NCBI GenBank assembly: GCA_038832865.1
Contig: JAWBJE010000006.1
Span: 670-64,669, forward strand
DNA length: 64,000 nucleotides
Origin: Sulfolobales archaeon
GTDB lineage: Archaea; Thermoproteota; Thermoprotei_A; Sulfolobales; NBVN01
Reading direction: 5' to 3'
Position numbers and translations under genes: made by a program. This document shows positions 1 through 8,781 of this stretch, in pieces. How positions within the stretch are numbered: position 1 is the stretch's first letter; every line of letters starts with the position of its first letter. The notes beneath the pieces are model-generated. The model did not search any database, was not told the origin of the DNA, and saw only the letters and a list, made by a program, of their open reading frames with translations.

Positions 1-198
1 TGTGGCGTTTAGAGTCTCACTGAACGCCTAGAGTGCTCGAGGACCCGTGGGAATGCGGGAAAGATTAAGTAATGGTGTAAACCCGTACGAGCCGCTCGAG
101 GACTGAGTTCCTCACGTGGTCTACTCAGTAGGTAGCTATAGCTTTAAGCACGAACAAGCCTGCGGGTTGCTTGGGGGAACTTCTTGCGGTACTCCTGC

Positions 199-543
199 TC
201 AGCTCCTCTCTATACCCAGGACCTTAGCTAGGTCGTATATTACGGGGGGTTTCCATAGCTCTCTGCCGAGAGACTTCACTATGCCTACGACCCATACTAT
301 TACTACAGCGATCCACAGTAGTGTGGAGACGAACCACCCCACGAAGGGTATCAACCCTATAACAGCTGAGACTACCCCTAGGAGCACTATCGCTATAAAG
401 AAGGATATAGAGAGGTGGGCCCAGTGTTTCGCAAACCTATAGCCAGGCTTTAGGACTAAGACTAGCACCCCACCGACTAGCGGTATTAGCCACGCTATAA
501 AGCCCCAGATCCTCTCCTCTTCGCTAACCTCAGGGTTAGACAT
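199..543 (-). CDS. DUF4870-like small membrane protein
   Basis: EER.W..IAW...G..L pattern followed by three hydrophobic helices; start moved to the ATG at 543 (MSNPEV). Confidence 0.75.
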   Translation of the reverse strand: MSNPEVSEEERIWGFIAWLIPLVGGVLVLVLKPGYRFAKHWAHLSISFFIAIVLLGVVSAVIGLIPFVGWFVSTLLWIAVVIVWVVGIVKSLGRELWKPPVIYDLAKVLGIERS

Positions 544-1231
544 ACGCACCCCAGGTGCTTTACTACGAAACATATATGCTTTGCCACAAAGGCGTAGAGG
601 ACGTATAGAGCAGAGAGTGCGTGGAGCACCTGCCTAAACCCGAGAACCGCTGGAGGAGAGAATTCGAACTCCAGATAGTTTCTACATAGAGATTTTAGTG
701 CGAGCTCCGCATAGCTCGCCACCGAACGACCTCATCTGTTTTCAGCTTGAGACTCTATGCGGCTTTCTCGATATTGAGTCCTGCGGATACGGACTAGAAC
801 GGTATTTATATGGTCAAAGGCTTGACTCCAATTGAGAGAAGCCGAAGGACCCTCTCACGCGCAAACCCGAGGGGGTGCTCTACCCCCTCTTAGAGCATTT
901 GCGTCCGCGCAGCCCGTAGCCAAAACGCTCAAGCCCCTGAACGAGCTTCACTACTGCTACCTCTCCCTTTTAGCTTCGACTACTGCGTCCAAGTGTCCTT
1001 TATCGCAGTGGCTCGGTGGGCTTCCAGCGCTACCAACCTTACACCATACTCCACGACTACTCCAGAGCGGGAGAGCTTGGCAACCTTCGTAGAGTAGCTC
1101 GAACCACACTCAAGTACCGTCTGGTCTCGAGCTGTGTACTCAAGAGCTAATAGGGTTCGGGGTGTACGGCCACTGCGAGACGGGTCTCCTCGCTAGCTGC
1201 TGCAGTAGTTAGTATTATTCTTTGAGTAGTA

Positions 1232-1951
1232 GTGTTGTTGGTGGAAGTCTTGAAGGTGGTGTCTTTCGATATATGGGGTACTCTCCTAGATTTAACTAAG
1301 TTTTACTCTACTCTGTCGAGGAAGGTCTCTCTCCTCTGCGGCAAGAGGTACGAAGAGGTCTTCGAGCTGATTCTAACTACTTACAGGAAGGCTCTTGCGG
1401 TTAGGTTGGGTGGGGGCTTCAGTAGGGTAGTCATAGAGTCGGCCGAGTTCTTCTCTAGAGAGCTCGGGATAACTGTAGAGCAGCTCTTCCAAGCTCTAGC
1501 GATGAGTATCGATGAGCCCGAGATCTCCGAGCTAGCGTATCTAGACGCAGCTGAAGCCCTGGAGGCCGTTAGAGCTAGCGGATACGCTACTGCGGCGCTA
1601 GGAAACGTCATGTTCTGGCCCGGGATGGTCACGAGGTACTTCCTCTACAAGAACGGGTTACTCAAGTACTTCGACCTAACGGTGTTCTCGGATGAAGTAG
1701 GTATCCAGAAACCCAGTAGAGAGGTCTTCGAGTACGTAGCTAGAAAGCTGGGGGCGTCAGTCGGGGAGATAGTCCACGTAGGAGACTCCCCGGAGAACGA
1801 CCTAGCGGGTGCCCTAATAGCTGGAGCTAGAGCAGTCTTAATCAAGCGAGACTCCCCGATAGGTGTGGTAAGACTGGGTACATCAGCGTACCTCATAAAC
1901 GACCTTCGAAAACTCGTAGAAGTCCTCAGAGAACTGGGGGAAGCAAGCTAA
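1232..1951 (+). CDS. HAD-superfamily hydrolase
   Basis: FDIWGTL motif I, KP motif III, HVGDSPENDLAGA motif IV. Confidence 0.9.
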   Translation: MLLVEVLKVVSFDIWGTLLDLTKFYSTLSRKVSLLCGKRYEEVFELILTTYRKALAVRLGGGFSRVVIESAEFFSRELGITVEQLFQALAMSIDEPEISELAYLDAAEALEAVRASGYATAALGNVMFWPGMVTRYFLYKNGLLKYFDLTVFSDEVGIQKPSREVFEYVARKLGASVGEIVHVGDSPENDLAGALIAGARAVLIKRDSPIGVVRLGTSAYLINDLRKLVEVLRELGEAS

Positions 1952-1977
1952 AATACTAAACCACTGAAAAAGATATG

Positions 1978-2056
1978 GCGGCGGTCGTCTAGCCTGGTCT
2001 AGGACGCCGGCCTGCCACGCCGGAGATCCCGGGTTCGAATCCCGGCCGCCGCACCA
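1978..2056 (+). tRNA. tRNA-Gly(GCC), intronless, CCA encoded
   Basis: Acceptor GCGGCGG/CCGCCGC, anticodon stem CCGGC/GCCGG with loop CTGCCAC, T-arm CCGGG-TTCGAAT-CCCGG, ends ACCA. Confidence 0.97.
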
Positions 2057-2300
2057 ATCTTTAAAGAACACAGCAGTGAGCCGACCCCTTCGGAGCAGTT
2101 CTCTACGTGGTGCCGGGTCTCTGCGTGTTCTAGAGCGGTTCACGTTCTTTCCACCCTCGGTCGAGTAAGTTCGCAGGCGCTGACGCCTCCGAGGGTCCGA
2201 AAGCTGCGAGGTAGCGATATCGTGCTCAAAACAGTGATTTCTTGAACGTCGCCTAACCAGTGGATTTAACTGAAGACCGAGCGTATTAACTGGGGAGAAC

Positions 2301-3044
2301 TTGAGGGTATTGATAGTTTCCGACATTCACGGTAACTACGACGCCCTCACAGCAGTACTAGAGCATGCCGCTAGGTGGGATTACTTGTGGGTTCTAGGGG
2401 ACTTAGTCGACTACGGGCCCGAGCCCCACGTAGTAGTAGACACCGTTAGAGCTCTGAAGCCGGATTTGGTGGTTTTAGGTAACCACGACTACGCTGTCGC
2501 CTACGACAAGGACTGCGGGTGCGCCCCGGAGCTACACGACTTAAGCGAGTATACACGGCAGAGAATTTCTCTAAGGCTCTTGAGTAGAGAGCAGCTGGAG
2601 TGGTTGAAGTCTCTGCCTACGCACCGAGTCGTAGAAGTTGGGGCTGCTAGGGCTTTCGTAGTCCACGGGTCTCCCAGGAACAAGCTCTTTGGGTACCTCA
2701 AGCCTTCTCTACCGCAGTACGAGTTGATGCTGGCGCTAACTCCCTCGGTCTACGCGGTAAGACCTAACCCGGTTGACGCAGAGTTGGTTGTTACCGGCCA
2801 TACCCACGTTCAGGCAGACTTTCGAGCTGGAGCTTCTAGAGTCTTGAATCCTGGGAGCGTCGGTCAACCGAGAGATGGTGACTGGAGAGCTGCTTTCGCA
2901 GTACTCGAGACGGACTCTCTAGCGGTCAGTCTCTACAGAGTCAAGTACGACGTCTCGAGTACTGTGAAGAAGTTAAGCAGTCTGGGCATAGACTCAAAGT
3001 ATTTAGCACGCCTAGTTAAAATCCTCCACAGTGGCTCAGTATAG
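2301..3044 (+). CDS. Calcineurin-like metallophosphoesterase
   Basis: SDIHGN, LGDLVDYG, GNHD, VHGSP, GHTH, NPGSVGQPRDG motifs. Confidence 0.92.
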   Translation: MRVLIVSDIHGNYDALTAVLEHAARWDYLWVLGDLVDYGPEPHVVVDTVRALKPDLVVLGNHDYAVAYDKDCGCAPELHDLSEYTRQRISLRLLSREQLEWLKSLPTHRVVEVGAARAFVVHGSPRNKLFGYLKPSLPQYELMLALTPSVYAVRPNPVDAELVVTGHTHVQADFRAGASRVLNPGSVGQPRDGDWRAAFAVLETDSLAVSLYRVKYDVSSTVKKLSSLGIDSKYLARLVKILHSGSV

Positions 3045-3471
3045 GAAGTACGTCTTTCGTTTACCTCTCTAGGGAGGCTGCTCAACACTCATCTAGGAGT
3101 AAGCACCTACGTGGACTTCGCTTCAACACCTTTACCGCTAGCCCGTGGTTGTTCTATCCTCCAACTTCTACGCTCTCTCCTTGTCCCACTTGACGTCAGT
3201 ACCTCAGTTTTACCTCTCTGCTAGCTAGACACCTCTAGGCTTGACGTTCTAGTAAAGACGTTTGCAACGCTCGAGTACCCCTCAATACTCAACTCCTAAA
3301 GCAATTCAACCACGAGAATCGTTCTAGCGTGATGTGTGGAAACGAAGCGTTTTTCTATCGCGCTCACGGGTTTTGGTAGCAGTGAGAACCCGTTTTACCG
3401 TGTGGTCGAGTCTGTAGCAGCTTACCGAATCAAGCAACTACTGCAGTTAATTCTTTAGCGTACCTTGAGTA

Positions 3472-4146
3472 GTGTTTGAAAAAAGTATGTCTGCTCATAA
3501 CTTAAAAGCTTGGTTAATGAGCGGGAGAGTGTTCGACTCTCAATCTAAGACTGTAGCCATTCTGCCGGTAGGGTCGGTGGAGAGACACGGTGATCACCTT
3601 CCATTGGGGACCGACGGTATTGAGGCAGAAGCTGTAGCGTTGTTTGTTGCTGATAGAATAGGTGCCCACGTCTTCCCACCCATTTGGTATGGTTCTAGCT
3701 TAAGCTTGAAAAGGTTTAGTGGGACTATCGACGTAGAAGCGCAGGCTTTCTATAGTTACGTAAAAAGCGTTATTAGAGAGATACTGAGAAACGGCTACAT
3801 CCCAGCTCTGGTAGTTAATGGTCACGGTGGAAACAGCTACATCCTCAGAGAAGTGGCTAGAGAATTAGCATCTGAGTGCTGAGACTGCTCTATCTCTGCA
3901 CATAGAGCGGTACTTGTAGTCGACCGGTGGAGAGATGTCGCACAAGAGATTAGAGCCTCACTCTTTAAGTCATTAGGACACACAAGAGAAGATGAGACAA
4001 GCGTAATGATGTACTTGACTCCAGGTAGCGTCAATATGAGTTCAACTAAGGATCACGAAGCTAGCGTACGTGTAGGCCTCACAGTGTTTTCTAGTGTTAT
4101 TGACGAAGCGCTCTACCCTAGTGCTAAGCGGCTCTCTCAACTATAG
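3472..4146 (+). pseudogene. Creatininase-family amidohydrolase, disrupted
   Basis: PVGSVERHGDHLPLGTD and VNGHGGN motifs; in-frame TGA at 3880-3882; frame continues with degenerate GHTREDETS (family motif GHAGExETS) and runs into the opposite-strand fragment. Confidence 0.8.
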
Positions 4147-4797
4147 CTTTTAGTACTTTACTAGCCAGCTCTCTATCTTTCTTCATTAAGGCAACGACTT
4201 TACTTAAGAACTGCTGAGCTCTACGAGTCTTCTTGAAGACGTCGCACTCCTTAGTGAGAACAGTGGAGAGCTCTATATCTTGACAGAGGATTCTAGCTAC
4301 TTCATAGCTTCCAAGAGCTTGAGAAATCGGTACTCCCCTACTTTTACGAGCAGTCTTGAACTTAGGTAGTACCACGTAGAAAACAACTAGTACCGCTAGT
4401 GTAGCACTAAGAACCCTACTGAGGGTGCGGAGGTATGCAACGATCGGTACCTCAACTCCTAGGGCTGGGTACGGTCTTAGTTCGTACTTAGACCCCTCGA
4501 CGAGGACCGTCCCACTCGAACACATGTTTTAGCGATATAGTAAGCAAAGACGTAGTTATGGTTTAACACGTTCGTAGGGTTAAGCAGAGCGTTAGTTAGG
4601 ATGGTTCCATCGCTTACTACTACGGCACTATAGGTATGTGCTTTATAAGCTATAGCCAAAACGTCTCCATCTACTCGAGCTAGTATGTCGATAGCTCTAT
4701 CCGCAGGCTCCAGTACGTCTATGCTGGATGAATAAGCGTAGACCACGTTTAACTCGGTGCTACCTAACCTTGTAGGGCTAGTAAATACGGCCCTCAC
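4124..4797 (-). pseudogene. 5'-truncated, frameshifted DUF4350-like (MoxR-associated) membrane protein
   Basis: Two overlapping ORFs (4477-4797, 4124-4525) joined by a frameshift near 4510; VVSDGTILTN motif then a TM helix; adjacent to a DUF58 fragment. Confidence 0.5.
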
Positions 4798-4849
4798 TTA
4801 AGAGTGAACTCAGTTGTTAGAGCTGTACTAAGCTAGACGAGGTTGACAC

Positions 4850-5628
4850 GTACTACAGTGCTGGTTCGTCCTACGATATAGGCGCGAAGAGTGTTGTAAG
4901 CCTGGTCCCGGAACGCAGTACTACATGAACAAAGAGTACAGACCCGGAGACGATTTAAAACGAATAGACTGGAAGGCGTCTTCGAGAACCGGAAAGCTCA
5001 CCGTCAAGCTATTCGAGAAAGAGGTCTATAGAAGAGTCTTCTTCGTCGTACCCATCACTGAAAGGTACCTACGGGGAAGCTCCAGCGCCTTGGACGTCTT
5101 GGCGTACGAGCTCATAAGGATGGCCGCAATACTCGTCAGGTACGGTACGGAGGTTTTTGTGGCCTTAACATCGCGAAGTTTAAGTCCCGCCCCGAGCTTT
5201 GTCAAGGTTCGCGAAATAAGTGGTCTAGCGGATTTAGCTGAGTACTTCTCACGAGTAGTCTGGGGTGAAGGACCTCTGGACTGTCACCTCGAGTACAGGT
5301 CCGCCCTCTGGAATTCAGTCAAGCTTTTAACTGAGGCTGTTCCCGGCAGAAGCCTGGTTGTGTACCTAGGTGAGCCGGAGTCTGATGTAGACGTAGTTGC
5401 CAGTAAGATCGTGACCGACACCGTGAAGAGCATGGGGCACGAGCCCGTTTTCGTGCTAGTATCGCGGAAGTGATTAGATTAACGCGTGATGAAGCAACAG
5501 TCGAAGACCTCATCGACTTGACGAAGCTATCCAGAGTCGCTCTCTCAGAGCTGTCGGCTTACGCTAGAGTTGCCTACTTCCTTGGTGAGGAAATAGTGCG
5601 GTTCCTCTTGCGCACTATTTCTGTTTAA
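4850..5628 (+). pseudogene. DUF58 (MoxR-associated vWA-like) fragment
   Basis: GPGTQYYMNKEYRPGDDLKRIDWKASSRTGKL signature; N-terminus missing; frameshift near 5463 with protein-like continuation (EVIRLTRDE...RTISV) to 5628. Confidence 0.8.
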
Positions 5629-5669
5629 GTGCTTATTTGCCGTCGCTTTCAGTGTGTTGTGTGAGGGCC

Positions 5670-6440
5670 ATGCTAGAACTACTCACCCCCCTGATAGCGC
5701 TTCTAGCCGGGGCTCTGGGCTCTATGTTCGGGCTCGGCGGAGGGTTTTTAATGGTCCCCCTGCTTAATATCGCCGGAGTCAGCATGAGGATAGCCGTGGG
5801 GACTTCAGCTACCGCCATATTCTTCAACGCCGTATCTGCTACGATGGCTTACGCTAGGTACGGCTACATAGCCTACAGGGCGGGGCTGCTCATCTCGCTT
5901 ACGGCTTCAGCCGCCGCTTACGTCGGAGCTCTTCTGACAAAGCACATCGACGTAGATACTTTAAGGATCATCTTCGGCGCGACCCTCGTACTCGTGGCCA
6001 TCAGAGTTGCTACAACGAGAGAGAGAAACGGGGGTGGCCAGCCACATAAGGCTATTCAGTGGGACATTAAAACGTATGCTACACTACTTGGTGGTGGAAC
6101 TCTAGCCGGTCTAGCCTCAGGACTCCTAGGAGTTGGTGGAGGAGTAGTGAACGTCCCACTGCTAACGCACCTTGGAGCTACTATCCACGTAGCTGTAGCT
6201 ACTTCGTCTATGGCGATAACTCTGACCTCGGTGTCGTCTGCCGTAACCCACTACACTCTTGGAAACGTAGACGTGGCTCTGCTCGCTCTCCTGGTGCCCG
6301 CGCTCATCATTGGAGCTCAAGTAGGTGCGAGAATAGCTAGAAGAACGAAGTCGCAGACCCTTAGGAGGGGGTTCGCTGTCGCACTAGTCTTTATTGCCGT
6401 AAGGATGGTTCTTAAAGGTTTAGGGTATCAAGTTCCGTAA
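5670..6440 (+). CDS. TSUP / TauE-SafE family permease
   Basis: Duplicated G.GGG...VP motifs (GLGGGFLMVP, GVGGGVVNVP), about 8 TM helices. Confidence 0.9.
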   Translation: MLELLTPLIALLAGALGSMFGLGGGFLMVPLLNIAGVSMRIAVGTSATAIFFNAVSATMAYARYGYIAYRAGLLISLTASAAAYVGALLTKHIDVDTLRIIFGATLVLVAIRVATTRERNGGGQPHKAIQWDIKTYATLLGGGTLAGLASGLLGVGGGVVNVPLLTHLGATIHVAVATSSMAITLTSVSSAVTHYTLGNVDVALLALLVPALIIGAQVGARIARRTKSQTLRRGFAVALVFIAVRMVLKGLGYQVP

Positions 6441-6491
6441 CATGAGCAAAGCTATTATTTGTTGAGTGCGCTTTCAGTCTAGGTTGAAGTA

Positions 6492-7790
6492 TTGGAGGTA
6501 GTCATACTGGCTGCCGGTTTCGGCAGGGGTTTAGAGCCCATAACGCACACTAGACCGAAACCTCTGATCCCAGTTATCGATAAAACCCTTTTGGAGTACC
6601 ATTTAGATAACCTCAGTAGCGTCGGTGTAATAAAGAGAGTCGTAGTGGTCGCAAACTACATGATAGACATGGTAAGAGAGAGGGTCAAGATGGTGGAAGA
6701 CAAGTACGGGTTCGAACTCAAGGTAGTCGATCAAGGAAGACCCCTGGGCACCGCACACTCACTACTCAAGGGGCTTGAAGAGGTCAGAGGAGAGAGTGTC
6801 GTAGTGCTGTATGTCGACTCGGTTTACTCCGTGGAGGACCTCAGGAAGGTTGTAGCGAGCTCTAGTCCATACCTTGTTGCAGCGTACCGCGTAGACGACC
6901 CGCGCGATTATGGCGCATTGATCTACGACACAAGTGGGGAGTTAAAGGACGTAGTCGAAAAGCCCTCTCAGCCGATATCTAGACTGATTAACGCTGGTCT
7001 ATACAAGCTCTCGACCGATATCTCTTCCTACTTGGAGAGAGTAGAGCTCGGCCCTAGGGGAGAATACGAGCTAACCGACGCCATTAGGCTACTAATCCGC
7101 TCCGGGGCTTCGGTTAGAATCCACGAGCTAAAATACTGGCGTGACTTAGGTAAGTCTTGGCTTTACCTCAGCTTCTGTAGGGAGGCTCTTAGCGAAAGGG
7201 TTAGAGAGAGTGTAGTTTACGGTAGGGTAGAGAGCGGGACGAAGATCAAGGGGCCGGTCTACATAGGTAGGAACTCCGAAGTCCTATCTGGCAGCTATAT
7301 CGAGGGGCCGGTGTACATCGGTGATGACGTTACTATAGGGCCGAACGCCTACATTAGGCCCGGCAGCATAATACTCGACGGCTCCAGGATAGGCTTCTCC
7401 GTTGAGGTTAAGGAGAGCGTAGTTATGGAGGGAGTGCACGCTCACCACTTGTCGTACATCGGTGACTCTATAGTGTGCGAGCACAGCAACCTAGGTGCCG
7501 GGACGATCCTAGCCAACTTGAGGCTCGATAATAGAGAGATAAGGGTCAGAGTTAAAGGCGTTAAAGTACCTACGGGTAGGAGAAAGCTCGGTGGTTTATT
7601 GGGTGGCTACACTAGAATCGGCGTTAACGTATCAGTGAACCCGGGTATTAAGGTAGGTGCTTACTCTAGGGTCTTCCCGGGCGTCACCCTCTACGAGGAT
7701 GTGCCTCCGTGCAGCATAGTTAAACCGGATGGTTCGTTGGAGAGCGTCCCAAGCAGCGAATGCCCTATAGATAAAAGCGTCTGGCTTTAA
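6492..7790 (+). CDS. glmU: Bifunctional sugar-1-phosphate nucleotidyltransferase/acetyltransferase (archaeal GlmU-like)
   Basis: LAAGFGRGLEPITHTRPKPL N-terminus, RGEYELTD, C-terminal hexapeptide repeats, HLSYIGDS, TGRRKLG. Confidence 0.85.
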   Translation: MEVVILAAGFGRGLEPITHTRPKPLIPVIDKTLLEYHLDNLSSVGVIKRVVVVANYMIDMVRERVKMVEDKYGFELKVVDQGRPLGTAHSLLKGLEEVRGESVVVLYVDSVYSVEDLRKVVASSSPYLVAAYRVDDPRDYGALIYDTSGELKDVVEKPSQPISRLINAGLYKLSTDISSYLERVELGPRGEYELTDAIRLLIRSGASVRIHELKYWRDLGKSWLYLSFCREALSERVRESVVYGRVESGTKIKGPVYIGRNSEVLSGSYIEGPVYIGDDVTIGPNAYIRPGSIILDGSRIGFSVEVKESVVMEGVHAHHLSYIGDSIVCEHSNLGAGTILANLRLDNREIRVRVKGVKVPTGRRKLGGLLGGYTRIGVNVSVNPGIKVGAYSRVFPGVTLYEDVPPCSIVKPDGSLESVPSSECPIDKSVWL

Positions 7791-7793
7791 CTA

Positions 7794-7988
7794 GTTGGAG
7801 AACGGGATTCGGGCTTCATGTTCGTTGACGCTGTTTGTTATCGATTGTTGCCGACCCTCGGCTCCACTGACTTCCGGGTATCTTTCATCGGTGTCCACAT
7901 CATCGGTCCCACCGGTTCAGGTGCGACTCCGGTTCGTGGTCCCTTCGCCCGGCTCGGGCTCACGGCCGCGGGGAAAGCTCGCTCCCTG
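7794..7988 (-). repeat. Dispersed non-coding element, copy A (homologous to 46871-46994)
   Basis: Shared blocks such as GTTGCC.ACCCTCGGCTCCAC.GAC and TTCGGG.TTC.TGTT.GTTGACG.TGTTTGTT occur at both loci in the same orientation. Confidence 0.8.
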
Positions 7989-8049
7989 GTGCACCCGAGG
8001 TATATATCGGGAGAGGCTGGCGTTCGCCTCGTGCGGTAGCCGCGCGAAG

Positions 8050-8463
8050 CTACTCACCGACTACGAGTACTGCTACCAAACCGGCCGCGCTGAGGAGAGC
8101 GGCGGAACCTATTACGAAGTCGGTTAAGAATCTAACTATAAAGACTCCGGACCTTATCATCATAACCAGGTAGTCGATTACCGTCCACTGACCGATAGCT
8201 TGCCACTGAAAACCTAACACTACGTAGTACACCAGCGTGGCCATTAGTACTCCGATAAGTGAAACTACAGCCCCTATTACGGCTACATCCACTATGCCTC
8301 CACCGTACTTAACGACGAGTAGAGTCAGCAGAAACCCCACTATGACTCCCGCTACTGCCGGCGCATATACTCTCTCGGGAATCACGTGGCTAAAGAACGT
8401 GGTTAACAGTCCCATCAGTACCGAACACGCCAACATTATAAGTAGACTATCTCTTGGCTTCAT
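8050..8463 (-). CDS. Hypothetical membrane protein (about 4 TM)
   Basis: Hydrophobic ORF overlapping the upstream gene, downstream of oppC. Confidence 0.7.
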   Translation of the reverse strand: MKPRDSLLIMLACSVLMGLLTTFFSHVIPERVYAPAVAGVIVGFLLTLLVVKYGGGIVDVAVIGAVVSLIGVLMATLVYYVVLGFQWQAIGQWTVIDYLVMMIRSGVFIVRFLTDFVIGSAALLSAAGLVAVLVVGE

Positions 8464-8725
8464 ACCTTCCCACCCTCATTTTATAGAGGTAGCTCATGAC
8501 CATGTACAGGACTACTCCGTACATCAACATAAAGACAGCCACCTGTAGAGCGATCCTCAAGAGGGGGTCTAGCTCGAGAGTAGCGATAAACCAGTAGATA
8601 GGGAAGGCTAAATAGGCTAGTAGAAATGCTAGAATTAGTGGTCTATAGTACTCCAGCATATACATAAGTAAGGCAGCCAGGGCGATTATTCCGACCAGGA
8701 CCAGAACGTCCTCCAATCGACACAC
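8447..8725 (-). CDS. Hypothetical membrane protein (about 3 TM)
   Basis: Hydrophobic ORF downstream of oppC, overlaps the next gene. Confidence 0.65.
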   Translation of the reverse strand: MCRLEDVLVLVGIIALAALLMYMLEYYRPLILAFLLAYLAFPIYWFIATLELDPLLRIALQVAVFMLMYGVVLYMVMSYLYKMRVGRYEAKR

Positions 8726-8781
8726 CCAACTACCCGCCAGCTAAAGGAAAAATATATGCTGTGCCTACTTCGAAGTAGATG

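Noticed and set aside
2180-2206. Hammerhead ribozyme (CTGA...GAAA)
   Set aside because: The core reads CTGACGC rather than CTGAnGA, and the flanking helices do not fit.
1883-2326. 147-aa minus-strand ORF
   Set aside because: It is antisense to tRNA-Gly and the flanking genes.
1978-3044. Integrated element at tRNA-Gly
   Set aside because: No integrase and no duplicated tRNA 3' end was seen in the window.
3874-3888. In-frame TGA in a C-*-D-C context (and the TGA at 21959) as selenocysteine or readthrough
   Set aside because: Crenarchaea are not known to use Sec. The position is not catalytic, other motif decay is present, and many normal genes here end in TGA.
3868-3920. Bulge-helix-bulge mRNA intron in creatininase
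   Set aside because: The registers tested give 22- or 34-nt introns whose removal leaves a stop codon, and the exon helix is poor.
7795-8127. 110-aa and 73-aa plus-strand ORFs
   Set aside because: They are by-products of the GC-rich dispersed element.
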